Shown here: piece after piece, positions 1 to 11,739 of the stretch
Position numbering within the stretch: the first letter of the stretch is position 1
How the letters are laid out: each line of letters starts with the position of its first letter
Source of the DNA: Camelus ferus
Lineage: Eukaryota
Direction of reading: 5' to 3'
Length of the DNA stretch: 64,000 nt
Assembly (NCBI RefSeq): GCF_009834535.1
Contig: NC_045697.1
Coordinates: 97,776,001 to 97,840,000, forward strand
Notes under the pieces: model-generated
What the model was told of the DNA's origin: nothing
The model's database searches: none
Seen by the model: the letters and a program-made list of their open reading frames with translations, nothing else
Position numbers and translations under genes: made by a program

Positions 1-1899
1 TTTCTTCATTTCGTGGGAAATTTCAGTTCTAACACAGTCCACAAATACACTTAACACAGACCCTTTTACATAAAGTTACTTGAAACCTAGGAAGACTAGA
101 CGGTACATTGATGAAGGGCTTTGTGGCATGTGTATGTACTTGTGTAATTGTTGGGGAAGGGGGGAAGGAATTAAGTTTGTCAAAAATGTGATTAAAAACT
201 GGCTTTTGTGTTCAGCTGTGAACTTTCCATTTTCAGTTGACTCCTTCAAGGTCAAAATAAAACACCAAACAGCAATGAAAACCAAAACCAAATCCTGCCG
301 TCTTTTATTCTCTCTCTTCTACTGGCTTTATTCTGCATTTCCTGAATTCCCATCCCGATTTCTTTTCAGTCTTTCTGCACTTTGCAGAAGATACTTATAT
401 AGTATTTAAATCCAGAAAAATCTTGCTAAGGTTTGATTTGATTTGAGAGAGAAAAAATGGATTTGCTTTGCTTTTTACCTCTTAGTTTATCCTCATCTCA
501 AAGTTCTAAGTTGTAATGAACTAATTCTAACTTGAAAGAGAAGCATGAATCCAATCTCAATAGGGAAAACTTGGTTTGTATTTTCACTATTGCCTCTATT
601 CAAAGTTAGGAATTCCCAGTATTACTGACCTATATCCAATTCTGTGAATATTGATCCTGGAAGGATATAGAAATGTACCATCATTGTCTTCAGATTTTTC
701 CTCTGGAGAAATAGAGACTGGCTCCTCTAAATTTTCCACACCTTAGCATGAATAATTACTGTAGGAAAACTTAAGGATATAAATAAACATGCAATAATAA
801 CTCATGAGACCAGCAGCTTGACCATAATTGCTTCCCTAGACCCATCTTTAGTCTATATTTAGACTCTATTTCTACTATTGACTATTTCCCCAAATCTCTA
901 TTCAACCAAAAGAGAAATATTTCCTGAAAGCTTTTGTTTAATCAGTACATAAATTATATGTATCTAATCTGTTGATTGGTTGATTTTCTTAGATCAAATT
1001 CAATCAACTCTGGTCGGCTATAAGAGTGAGAGGGAGGGGTCATTACATGGTGTAAATTATTGCTCACCCACATGGCTGAACAGACAGGATGGATGGCGAG
1101 CCAGCAGGAATGAGAAATAATAATTCAGTACCATGATTACCAATATTTTTTAATATTACTCATACACATAATATTATCCCATGTTTGATTAAAGACACCT
1201 GCTCTCTCCTCAGACCTTCAGACAACTCATCCCATATTAATGATACAGTTTCATGGCCTATGCTCTTTTTAGTATCAAAAGCCAATCCTGATGTTAACGC
1301 CATTCTGTGACCTTTGACATTTTTAGTCATTACCAATATATCCTGTACAGAATGATTGGGGAAAGCAAACATAACATTCAATAATTGTAATTCCTATTTA
1401 ATTTTAAGAAAAGAAGAAATTACTATGAATCTCATTAGTGGGTATGAACCTCTGCAGCTAGTTAACAGGTCTTTCCTTTACCCATTTCTATGTTCTACAG
1501 GCATTGAGCCAGTACTTCCGAGAAGACTCCTTGCCAGATTATCTTTATTACAGATGAATCTAAGTCCATGTTGTAGTTGCCCTGTAATGTTCAGTTATTC
1601 TTACAAATGGTAAGATAAATATACACTTGGAAATCATCTGCATTTTACCCTTAGTGTATTTGGCCTCCACTAGGCAGCAGAAATATTATTTACTATTGAA
1701 AATTAGTCATTTATTCATCCAACAATGTAAATTTGTCTACCTTTATATAAAACAAACACAAAATTGTGTTCTCGTATGTAATAAGGAGCCCACGTTTCCA
1801 AGGTTTTATTTCAAATTGATTGGGACCATTATTATTTCCCTCAGTAGACATGTCACTCCATTTGGTGGTGAACCTCAGACCCATAGACACAAGAATAGA

Positions 1900-2510
1900 G
1901 TTCAGGAAAATTTTGAGAGTTTATTATGTGTAATGTTTTGATGAATTCTTAGCCATTATTTCCTTAAATATTACTTCTACCCCAATTCTCCCTCCTCCTC
2001 CTAAGAAGCAGATTGTGTGACTATTCAACCATTTTACTCTACCTTTGGTGAAAGGTGTTTTTTCCCTTTATTTTCCTGCTACATATCTATCTACACCACA
2101 TTTTGGATATTTCTTTCTCATCTGTTTTGCAGTTCATTTATTCTCTCTTCTGCTCTGTCTACTCAGCTTAATTTTAGTTCTCATTCATTTATTTATTTAT
2201 TTTTACTTTCATTATGGTGTCTATTAGTTGTAGAAGTCATTTGGGGTTATTTTTATAGTTTTTAGATCTCTACTGAAATTTGCACAATTACTTAATTCTA
2301 CACACTAAGAAAATAATTGTTTTTGGTTGGGCAAGCAGGTCTTATAGAGGAGATCCCCATGGATCAAATATTTACTTGTATATATATTGCAAAGATAATT
2401 TTCTACATTAAACTTTCAGTAGGTTTGGTTCAATTTTCTGTTTTTTTATTGGTTTTTATTTTATTTTCTCCTGATGTGCATTGTTTAAAGTATATGGAGG
2501 CTGTCCCTTG
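1900..2510 (-). mobile_element. Old LINE-1 (L1M-type) ORF1-region fragment, antisense
   Basis: T-rich text typical of antisense L1M ORF1 (ttagccattatttccttaaatattacttctaccccaattctccctcc...); highly decayed. Confidence 0.5.
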
Positions 2511-2819
2511 ATCAGAGGCACAAGTTCCATCTCACAATGAAACTTCTTAGGACTTTGTCCAGCCTATGTGGTTGTGATTTAGAAAGGATGCATTAGAGAG
2601 TTGGATATTGCGTAAAACTCCTGAGGGTCCTGACTTCCTATCAGATAAGTCAGCTCTCTACTGGGGCCTAGTAACAGATTCAGACTTAGCACACAGCGGT
2701 GGGCTAAGGGGAGGAGGGCTGTGCTCTACACCTAAAGCACAGGTGAGGATCAGTACCAAAAGCACCAACTAGTTGTGAAATTTTTGCGTCCAAACACCAA
2801 AAACCTGGTCAAAAACACC

Positions 2820-3424
2820 TGTAATTTACAGATTTTGAAGGAAATATGTGGCTCCAGAGAAGACTTTGTTATCACAGCTCTCATGATTGGTTCCAAAGTT
2901 TTTTACTGTAGGGGACTCACTCAGATTTGTTTGGTGAGTTGGTAGAGAGGATTTAATAAAATGTCCAGGTCTAGAATGTACCATTTCCAAAATGTAAAAG
3001 CCCAATCAAGGATCAAGCCTCTATCTTTGTATTCAGTAACTAGAGATATAGAATTGTTGCTGTTGTTTTTGTTGTTATTATTAAGAGGAGGAGATGGAAT
3101 GTCCCCTTGGATTCTGAGGCAATCACTGGAATGCAGAGCCTTAGATACTGACCCCATCCATGGCCCATTTATAGTCAACTGGCTTGGATGACTTACAATA
3201 TAATGAAGCCATTTTTATCAGTATTTCTAAGACTATCAGCATCTCATCAGTGTAATGGAATGTTCAAATTTCAACTAGCAGTATAGTATTCTACAGTTGG
3301 TCCAACTGATTGATAACATAGTTTGGGATTTCAAGTAGTAACAGTCTATGGAATACCTTTCTGAATGAAGGCAAACAGACATCGACTGTGTTTTTGGAAA
3401 AGTGTTTTAAAAAGACAGCATTAG
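2820..3424 (-). mobile_element. Ancient ERV-L-like (class III) pol remnant, RT C-terminal half
   Basis: Minus-strand translation gives FAFIQKGIP*TVT..YLKSQTM, TFHYTDEMLIV (decayed YxDD) and GDIPS...FTFWKWYILDLDILLNPLYQLTKQ, collinear with ERV-L FAFxWQGQQYTFT, LVHYIDDIMLIG, RDIPS, FGFWRQHIPHLGVLLRPIYRVTRK. Confidence 0.8.
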
Positions 3425-4921
3425 CTATCAGCAGTGGGGTGCATGTCTATTTTCGAATTAGTGGTTTTGGTTTTTTGGGGTACAAATCCAGGAGTGGAAT
3501 TGCTGGATCATATGGCTGAGGAACTCCATATTGTTTTCCACAGCAGCTGCACCAATTTACATTCCTACCAACAGTGTACAAGGGTTCTCTTTTGTCCACA
3601 TCCTCACTAACACTTGTTACCTGTAGACTTTTTGATGATAACCATTCTGACAGGTGTGAGGTGGTGTTTCATTGAGGTTTTAATTTGCATTTTCTAGTAA
3701 TTAGCTATGCTGAACATCTTTTCATTTGCCTGTTAGCCATCTGTATGTCTTCTTTGGGAAAAAAAATGTCTATTCCAGTCTCCTGCCCATTTTTGATTGG
3801 GCTGGGTTTTTTTTGATATTGAGCTGTATGAGCTGTTTATATATTTTGTAGATAGTTTCCTTTGCTGAGTGAAAGCTTTTAAGTTTAATGTGGTCCCGAT
3901 TGTTTATTTTTGTTTTTCTTTCTTTTGCCTTAGGAGCCAGAGCCAGAGCCAAAAAAAAAAAAAAAAAAAAAAAAAAACCAAAAAAAAAACCTTCTACAAT
4001 TTATGTCAAAGAGTGTTCTGTCAATGTTCTCTTCTAGAAGTTTTATGGCTTCAAATCTTACATTTAGGTCCTTAGTCCATTTTGAATTTATTTTTCTGTA
4101 TGGTGTGAGAAAATGTTCAAATCCCACTGTTTTACATGTAGATGTCCAGTTTTTCCAGCAGCATTTACGGAAGAGACGGTCTTTTCTCCACTGATATTCT
4201 TTTCTCCTTTGTCATAAATTAATTGAGCATAGGTACATGGGTTTATTTCTGAGCTCTCTATTTATTCCATTGATCTGTGTGTCTGGTGTGCCCATATCAT
4301 GCTATTTTGATGTAGCTTTGTACTATAGTCTGAAGTCTGGGACAGTGATACCTCCAGCATTGTCCTTTTTCCTTAAGACTGATTTACAATTCAGTGTCTT
4401 TTATGGGTTCATATGAATTTTAGAACTATTTGTTCTAGTTCTATGAAAAATGTCATGGATATCTTGATAGGGATTGCATTCAATCACTTTAGGCAGTATG
4501 GTCGTTTTAACAATGTTAATTCTTCCAATCTAAGAGCATGGGGTCTTTCCACTTCTTCGTATCTTCAATTTCTTTCATCAGTGTTTTATAGTTTTCAGAG
4601 TATAGGTCTTATACCTCCTTGGTTAAGTTTATTCATAGGTATTTTATTCTTTTTGATGCAATTTTTAATGTTTTCTTTTTTTACTTTTTCTATCTGATAG
4701 CTCATTATTAGTATATGGAAAATCAACAGATATCCATATAATATTCTTGTATTCTGTAACTTTGCTGAAGCCATGTATTAGTTCTAATTGCCTTTGTTGG
4801 AGACTTCAGGGTTTTATATATGAAGTATCATGTCATCTGCAAATAGTGACAGTTTTATTACTTCCCTTCCAATTTTGATGACTTTTATTTCTTTTTCTTG
4901 TCTGATTGCTGTAGCTAGAAC
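3425..4921 (-). mobile_element. Inverted 5' segment (ORF2 3' part) of a twin-primed LINE-1
   Basis: Antisense L1 ORF2 (ggggtgcatgtc...ggagtggaattgctggatcatatgg...tcatgtcatctgcaaatagtgacag); outer TSD aaagacagcattag 3411-3424 / aaagaaagtattag 5641-5654. Confidence 0.9.
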
Positions 4922-5010
4922 TGTAAAAATACTGAACTACTATGCTGTACACCTGAAGCTAATATAATATTACAAATCAACTATACTTCAATTAAAAGAA
5001 AGAAATTAAA
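4922..5010 (+). mobile_element. Sense 3' terminus and A-tail of the same twin-primed L1
   Basis: ctatgctgtacacctgaagctaatataatattacaaatcaactatacttcaattaaaa, an L1 3' end abutting the antisense segment. Confidence 0.8.
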
Positions 5011-5630
5011 TATGATCCAGGAATCCCACTCCTGGGCATATATCCAGAGGGAACTCTAATTTGAAAAGACACATGCACCCCAATGTTCATAGCAGCACTA
5101 TTTACAATAGCCAAGACATGGAAACAACCTAAATGTCCAACAGATGACTGGATAAAGAAGCAGTGGTATATTTCTACAATGGGATACTACTCAGCCATAA
5201 AAAATAACAAAATAATGCCATTTTCATCGACATGGATGGACCTGGAGATTGTCATTCTAAGTGAAATAAGCCAGAAAGAGAAATAAAAATACCACATATC
5301 ACTTATATGTGGAATCTAAAAAGACATGAACTTATTTACAAAACAGGCTCACAGACATAGAAAACACACTTACCATTAACAGCAGGGAAGGGGGTGGGGA
5401 AGGATAAATCGGGAGTTTGAGATTTGCAGATACCAACTACTATATATAAAATAGATAAACAACAAGTTTCTTCTGTATAGCACAGGGAACTATATTCAAT
5501 ATCTTGTTGTAACTTATGGTGAAAAAGAATATAAAAATGAGTATTTGTATGTATATTTATGACTGAACTATTATGCTGTATACCAGAAACTGACACAACA
5601 TTGTAAGCTGACTATACTTCAATAAAAAAG
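5011..5630 (+). mobile_element. Younger 5'-truncated L1 (ORF2 end plus 3' UTR) nested in the A-tail of the older L1
   Basis: MFIAALFTIAKTWKQPKCP ORF2 C-terminus, cetartiodactyl-type 3' UTR, TSD agaaattaaa 5001-5010 / 5631-5640. Confidence 0.92.
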
Positions 5631-5640
5631 AGAAATTAAA

Positions 5641-6960
5641 AAAGAAAGTATTAGTAATATTCAAAAGAGCATGTCAAGGGCCAACAGTGTTTGCAATTTG
5701 CCATGATGTCAGGCACAGGAGGAACGATGGAGACTACTTCCTCTGTGGTGTACAGAACCAGTCATTTTCACCAGCCAGACAGGGCTGTTAAAGTAAAAGA
5801 CAGCACTGCATGTCATCCCCACCTATTTTAAGCCTTGTAATAAAAAGACTAAATTCTTGTTCTCCTCTTAGCACAGGAATAATGTCTCCATTGTTCAATC
5901 CTGGTGACCTCTAGGCTTTTAAGACTTTCTTGACTATACATGTGGTTCACAATTACAGAATCCTACAGCAGGTTGTAAATGAATTTATCTCATCAACAAT
6001 AACACACATTCACACACCTGGGTATTATTATCAGTTATACAGCCTGACATCAAAAACAGCCAGCAAATCCCAAAACAAAAAGCTAAAACAACAGCCACCT
6101 TAGCTCTGGTAGCCACCAAGTTTAAGAATTTGGAGGGATTCCTCTAGGGAGTTCAGATTGTGTGCACTAGGTCTTGGACATGCTCTAGCTTATTCTGTCA
6201 ACACAGTTCTCTGAAGTCTGGATTTTTGTTCAACCAACTGGTTTTTTTTGTGTCCTTTGCCCCCTAGAAATAGCCAAGGAAAACAATTCCAGGGTTTGGT
6301 TTTCTTTCCATGAGCTGGTTAAGATCCATTTGAACTAAGACTGTTTGTCCCTTTCATATTATGAGAAAGGTCTGCAACAATAGCTAAGGTGACTCACCCT
6401 TGTGATTGTGTCACCTCCCAGTTTTCAGCCACAACATATGACTATTCTTGCAGATTCCCCCCACACTGCAAAAGCTAGCCTCCTTTTCACTGCTGATCTG
6501 CAGTTCCAATTATCCATGATTCACTTTTATGACTTACTTCTCTGTAAAGATTCTTGCTTGTCTGGGGGCAAAAGTGACTGAGTACCCCCCCCATTCCAGG
6601 CCTTGACTATGATAACTGAGCAGCCACCACAGGTCCTGGCTTCTGGATTCCATGGTTATCCTGCTTACTCTAGGGCTTCTGAATACTTGGCCCACCCAGC
6701 TTGATCCTAGGCTATGAAATAACATTGTGGTCCCCTACCAGTGGCAGGAAAAGTGGTTTTCTCAGCATTTCTGCCACTTTTTTATAGTCTCCCTACAGCC
6801 ACTGTCCCTAGGAGGGGATGTTTCTCATCTCCAAGATAAGCCAGTTGAACACTACTACTTACAAGAATATATTGCACAGGGACAGTATAATGTTTGTCCT
6901 TTCATTGTTGCCAACTCTTTCATAAATGGCACACCCATCCAGCTAGTAAAAGTATAAAAA
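5641..6960 (-). mobile_element. Ancient ERV-L-like internal remnant (gag?/protease/RT N-terminal half)
   Basis: Minus-strand FNSPVWLVKMTGS (about 5755-5792), PPVPDIM and HALLNITNTFF match ERV-L FNSPIWPVQKTDGS, AAVPDVV and YAAIDLANAFF; FLNLVATRAKVAVV near 6090-6130 may be a decayed DTG protease motif; distal boundary uncertain. Confidence 0.72.
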
Positions 6961-7029
6961 TAGGGCTTGTTAAGAAAAAATAATTAATGAAGTAGCAGAG
7001 CACACTCTAACCTCCAGACTTTATTTTTT

Positions 7030-7690
7030 TCCAGAGAGGAATACTTAGACCGGATAGAGTTAGACTGTATGCACCATGACAAATATTCCAATAGAGAAAA
7101 ACTTGATCTTCAAAATGCCCTATCATTTATAAGGAATAGGATCAAGGAACATCTATGTAGCAATGGAAGGCTCCTGGTGGAGAAGTTTTCTCAATAACTT
7201 ATAATTCCCTGTTCTGCTATTGGTCCAACTCTGTTAAATTGCCAGAAATGGGAAGAAATGAGCCTCAGGACCATCCATATTTGTTTTGTCTCCTAAAGGT
7301 ATCTTGGTCTGATTTTTTTTTTTTTTAGGGTTTTTTTTTGGAGGGGGGGGATGAGGGGTAATTAGGTTTGAGACCAAGATGCAGGACTTGCAAAGAAGTT
7401 GTAAGAAAACCAGTCATATACTCTTACTTAATCACACACTTCTAAACTAAAAGTTCCTAGAAACTTAAATTGGAACTCAAAGAGGATTTATTTGAAAAGA
7501 GTTTCTCTACGAGTCTCACCACTCCAAAGAGGAATACAGAGTTTACTATACCTCCTGAACACAAGCCCAGTGAAAGGGCTTCCAAACTATTCAGTAGAAA
7601 TCTTGGTCAACATCTCTGTTATTTGTGAGATGATCAATAAACTACTGTCTGAGCCATTCCTTAGAAATTTAAATGGATAGAGGGGCTGGC
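7030..7690 (+). mobile_element. Gypsy-like (MamGyp-int-type) integrase C-terminus and 3' internal region
   Basis: Plus-strand LRPDRVRL ... PYHL ... IYVAMEGSWWRSFLNNL*FPV resembles Gypsy integrase C-terminal LxPGDRVLV ... PY ... VYVV..EG..RTLHRNLLLP; purine tract (atagagggg) near 7677-7685 before the LTR. Confidence 0.5.
7312..7369 (-). mobile_element. 3' tail of a camelid vic-1-like SINE (severely 5'-truncated)
   Basis: Reverse complement reads aaacctaattacccctcatccccccccctccaaaaaaaaa...poly(A), matching the recalled vic-1 tail aaacctaattacctccccc(A)n. Confidence 0.65.
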
Positions 7691-8527
7691 TGAGGGTCTT
7701 CAAAAGAGCAGAACACAAGCCATAGTTTTAGGATTTCGTTTTCAACATTAGCAAGGAGAGAGAACTAGTATCTCCTTGGACCAACTATGGGCCCTAATTA
7801 GATGAAAGAGCTGGTATGGGATCGTGTTGGATACTTCAAGACAAACACCCAGATAAAAGTAAAAGTAAAACAACAACAACAACAACAACAACAACAAAAC
7901 CTTAGCAAAAATAAGCTGAAGTTGATAATGGATGCATAGCCACTGAAGAACAAATAAGGAACCAGGGGAAACAGTGATTTATTTACTCTTTCAAGGAAAC
8001 TACAGTTGACCAATTCACTGAGATTGGGGGATGGCAGATGGGAACATTTTCAAAAGAAAAATGAAAGCACCTGATGAGAGTCTACTAGGTTCAGAAAAGG
8101 ATAATTCCAGAACAGTGCCTCATAGGTACAACTGCTCCTGTCCCTTTCCTTCCTTTTCTTTTCCAGGATCAGAAGTCATGGCTGAGTAGAAAGGTTGGAA
8201 CTGACAAAGTAGAGTGAGAAGAGCCTGACCTTGCTAGCTCTGTGACAGACTGACTTGGCTCCAAAAGTGGAGACTCGAGTGGAATTTGAACTTCTATAAC
8301 TGTTGCACTGAACCAGGCATATCGACTCCTCAACCGAATCTGTTTTCTGTGAATCTAAGCAGTCAAAGAACTTTCTTATACTTAATATTCACAAAAAAAG
8401 ACAAAGTACTCTTTTCATCTAGTTAGAAGAACTGGAATCACAAAATCTAAAGTGGCAGTGGAAGAAAAAAGATTCTTTATGTTCACATTTCATGAATTAT
8501 GTTTGTTCAACTATATATTATATACAA
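7690..8527 (+). mobile_element. MamGypLTR-like LTR
   Basis: 3' end ...aaaaaagattctttatgttcacatttcatgaattatgtttgttcaactatatattatataca resembles MamGypLTR termini; lies downstream of Gypsy-like integrase remnant. Confidence 0.55.
7869..7896. repeat. (CAA)n microsatellite
   Basis: Direct reading. Confidence 0.95.
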
Positions 8528-11500
8528 TTACATCTTTTATTTAATTATATAGTTTACTATATTACAATGTATTAAAATAATAAAACATTTAAAAGATAAG
8601 TTTTTAAATGTCTTTTAAAACTTACATCATGTTTAGACTTTAGTTATTGCTAATGTCAGAGTCAGCACTTTGACTAACATTGACTATGACACTCTTTGCA
8701 AAGCACGTGGCTTATTAACACTTTGGATTCCACTTGTGCGTGGAAACGTTACAGATCTCCCATCTAACATTTCATTATATGCTATTTTTCATCCTAGATT
8801 AGAAAAAAGAAATTTGAATCTTGAGAGTAAGATTAAATTTTAAAAAAATATTTACATTTCTAAAATAAATTGCTATGTAATGGAACTGCCAAGCTTTAAA
8901 TCATCCATGTGAAACTGACTATATTCAGAAACATTCTAATGGAAAATGTAGCGAAGGAAAGGGAGGGAAAAGGAAAAACTAATGAGCCATGGTTTAGTAA
9001 GACATCTGTAATATTTTTTTCTCTGTTTGGGCTTTTCCATTGTCAGTTTGATTAATGGGATGTCTTTAAATGTATCTCCTTTTGGATATCTTATATCTCA
9101 ACAAGTCCATTTCATGTTCTTGCCACAAACATTTCCAGCAGATTTCTTCTAACATGTCAGAATGACAGATAAGTTTCCATAGTCAGCCTTATAGAGAGCT
9201 CATTATTTTTTCAAACTAGTGCAATTGCCTTGAAGTTCCCCAAAGCAAAGGACCTTATGATTTCCAAACCCATGCTGAATAAAAGTGTCCATTTCTGGGC
9301 TTAAAATAAGAGTTCAAGTCACTAGTCAAGGTCAACTACTGATTTTTGTAAATACTCATGAAAATCTTCTGAGTTCGTAGGATCTAAGTATTTTAAATAT
9401 CTTAAATATATCAAATGGACTTTCAACTTTTAATGTAATCTATCTGTGATTTTATTCATATGATTTGGCTAGTAACAGTAGAAAAACAGATCTTCTGAAA
9501 TTTACTTAATTCAGCGTGAAAATGTTTTCCTGATTGAAAGTTTGAATAAAGCAGCATTTCTATAATATATAATTGCAATAAAAGCTCCAATTTTTATTCC
9601 AAAAAACCTTTATAAAACATGAACATGTTTATGTCCTTTCCTTTTAAAGACACTCAACTAGACTGTAAGGTTGAACCATCTCTCCTAAAATTATTTTTTT
9701 ATCAAATATTTGTTAAAAATGCATGTGGATGTTTATGAAGAGTTTAACCTGTCACAGAATAACCTAACAAAGATAAAATAATGTGAAGTATCTATAAATC
9801 AGTTACATAATATCTTAAATAGCCTCCGAAGTTGATACTGAAAATATGCAAGAGTTCAGGATTTCATTAAGTTCTAAGGTTTTTAGACTCAAAGAGAAGA
9901 CACTGATACTGTTTTAAGAGAAAACACAATAAATAATTCCATCATGTGAATAACTTAGTAAGAGCTGCAGACTGAGGAGAAAATGCCAATTAGGTGATGT
10001 TAGTAGGTTATGATTTTTTTAGCCCAGGATATTACAGTTCTAAAAAGGAGCTCAGTGTGATAGCTAGGGAGTTGAGAAGCAACTACAGATACTTCCAGCC
10101 TTAGGCCAAAATTTCTGTTGACATGATTTATCTGGATTCCTCTGTGTCCTTTTTAGTGTGTACACACCTTTTAACTCTGGAGAGGAAACCAGTTACAGTA
10201 ACGTTTAAAATAAAACCCTAGTATTTATAGCTTTGTGTTATGAAGGAACCTGTTCCTTTAAAATAATTATTTTACATATTTGAATATATTTTAGATAATG
10301 TGGCCTATTGGAGTGGCAAAGAGGAATTTTCAACAGAGTAAAATCCTATCATACAAATACAAAATGAACACTGTCAAAGATTGTATTTAACTTACTAATT
10401 GCTGATGGAACCCACAAGATGTTAAAACTGGTTCAAATAAGAATTCGCCTTGCTGACCTTTCTATTCTCTATCAGACAAAAACTCAATTGTATTATCATC
10501 TGCAGGAGTGATTTGTGTTTCAATGGTCAACAAACATGAATTGTTATCAGTTTCTACAATGTAACTTCTATCTCTATCAAGTTGTAAATCAGTTAATCAA
10601 AAGTGCACCCGCACTATGGAACCTTATAGTGTCTAGAAAGTCTAGTTGACATGGCCCAGAACTCCATAGCCAGTAATTTCTCATGTCTTTTCCAAACATT
10701 TGACATTTTTCTGACAAGAATTAGAATCCTGTAACTTTAAGTTCTAATATGTAGTAAAGTAACGAGCTTGGATTTGTGATTATAAATAAAGATATTTATA
10801 GTCAATTTTCAAACTTCAAGGAGACTTTAAGCTTCATTCTATTTAAGTTTAATTTAGTACATTTCTAAGTATTCCTTAAATATGCAGAAAGGTATTTAAA
10901 AACTGAACTACTTAAACTGAATATTAAACTTATGAAGTTTAAAATATTGGAAAATGTTTAAATATAATTTTAAATGAGACCAGACATGACTCAATGTTGA
11001 AATGAAAATAATTACTAAAATCTGAGTTTTATAAAATATAGTAATATTTCCATGCTGAACTTAAAAGCATAAAAAAGAATTAGGTTTGGAACTGTAGCTT
11101 TATGTATCTGTATATTAAATATATAAATGATAAACCCATGAGATCTTTTCTGCATACAAACTCTACCCAAAACTTAATACATATGCAAAAATACCATCTT
11201 ATGCCTCCCTTTTAATATGTTTTTCATTTTGCTATTGCATTCCTTTTCTTGTTAATTAAAATGCTATATACCAAGGAAGTCAAACATCAACAATATGTCA
11301 ATATTTTAACATCTCATACTAAAAGATACCCCTCATAATTAGTAGGCAAAATCTTTTCCGTGGTGGGTTAATCTTTCACATATGTCATATTTCTCTTTTT
11401 CTATGTATTTCAAGTACAGTATAAACATTTTAAAATTCTTCCCTCCAGACTTCTTTTAATCTTCTTCCTATCATTCCAAATTACTTAATAAAGATACTAC

Positions 11501-11739
11501 TAAAAGCAAACATGGGACAAATATCTGGTTATGCACACCTGATAAACTCATTAGGAATCTCTGCCTCAGTTTCTGAGCCAATGCAAGTTACCAATTCATG
11601 CTTTAGCCAGGTGCATTCGATTTGAAGAGTTCAACAATAATTTACGTTTTAATAACTTTGAATTATGAGTTACTAGAATAATTGATCTTTTCCCCCATTT
11701 GCTTGGCCCATTTAGGTATTTTTTTCAGTATAATTTAAT

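Noticed and set aside
3933..3990. agagcc repeat followed by long poly(A), resembling a new insertion
   Set aside because: Sits at a short A-run normally present in antisense L1 ORF2; best explained by slippage expansion, no TSD.
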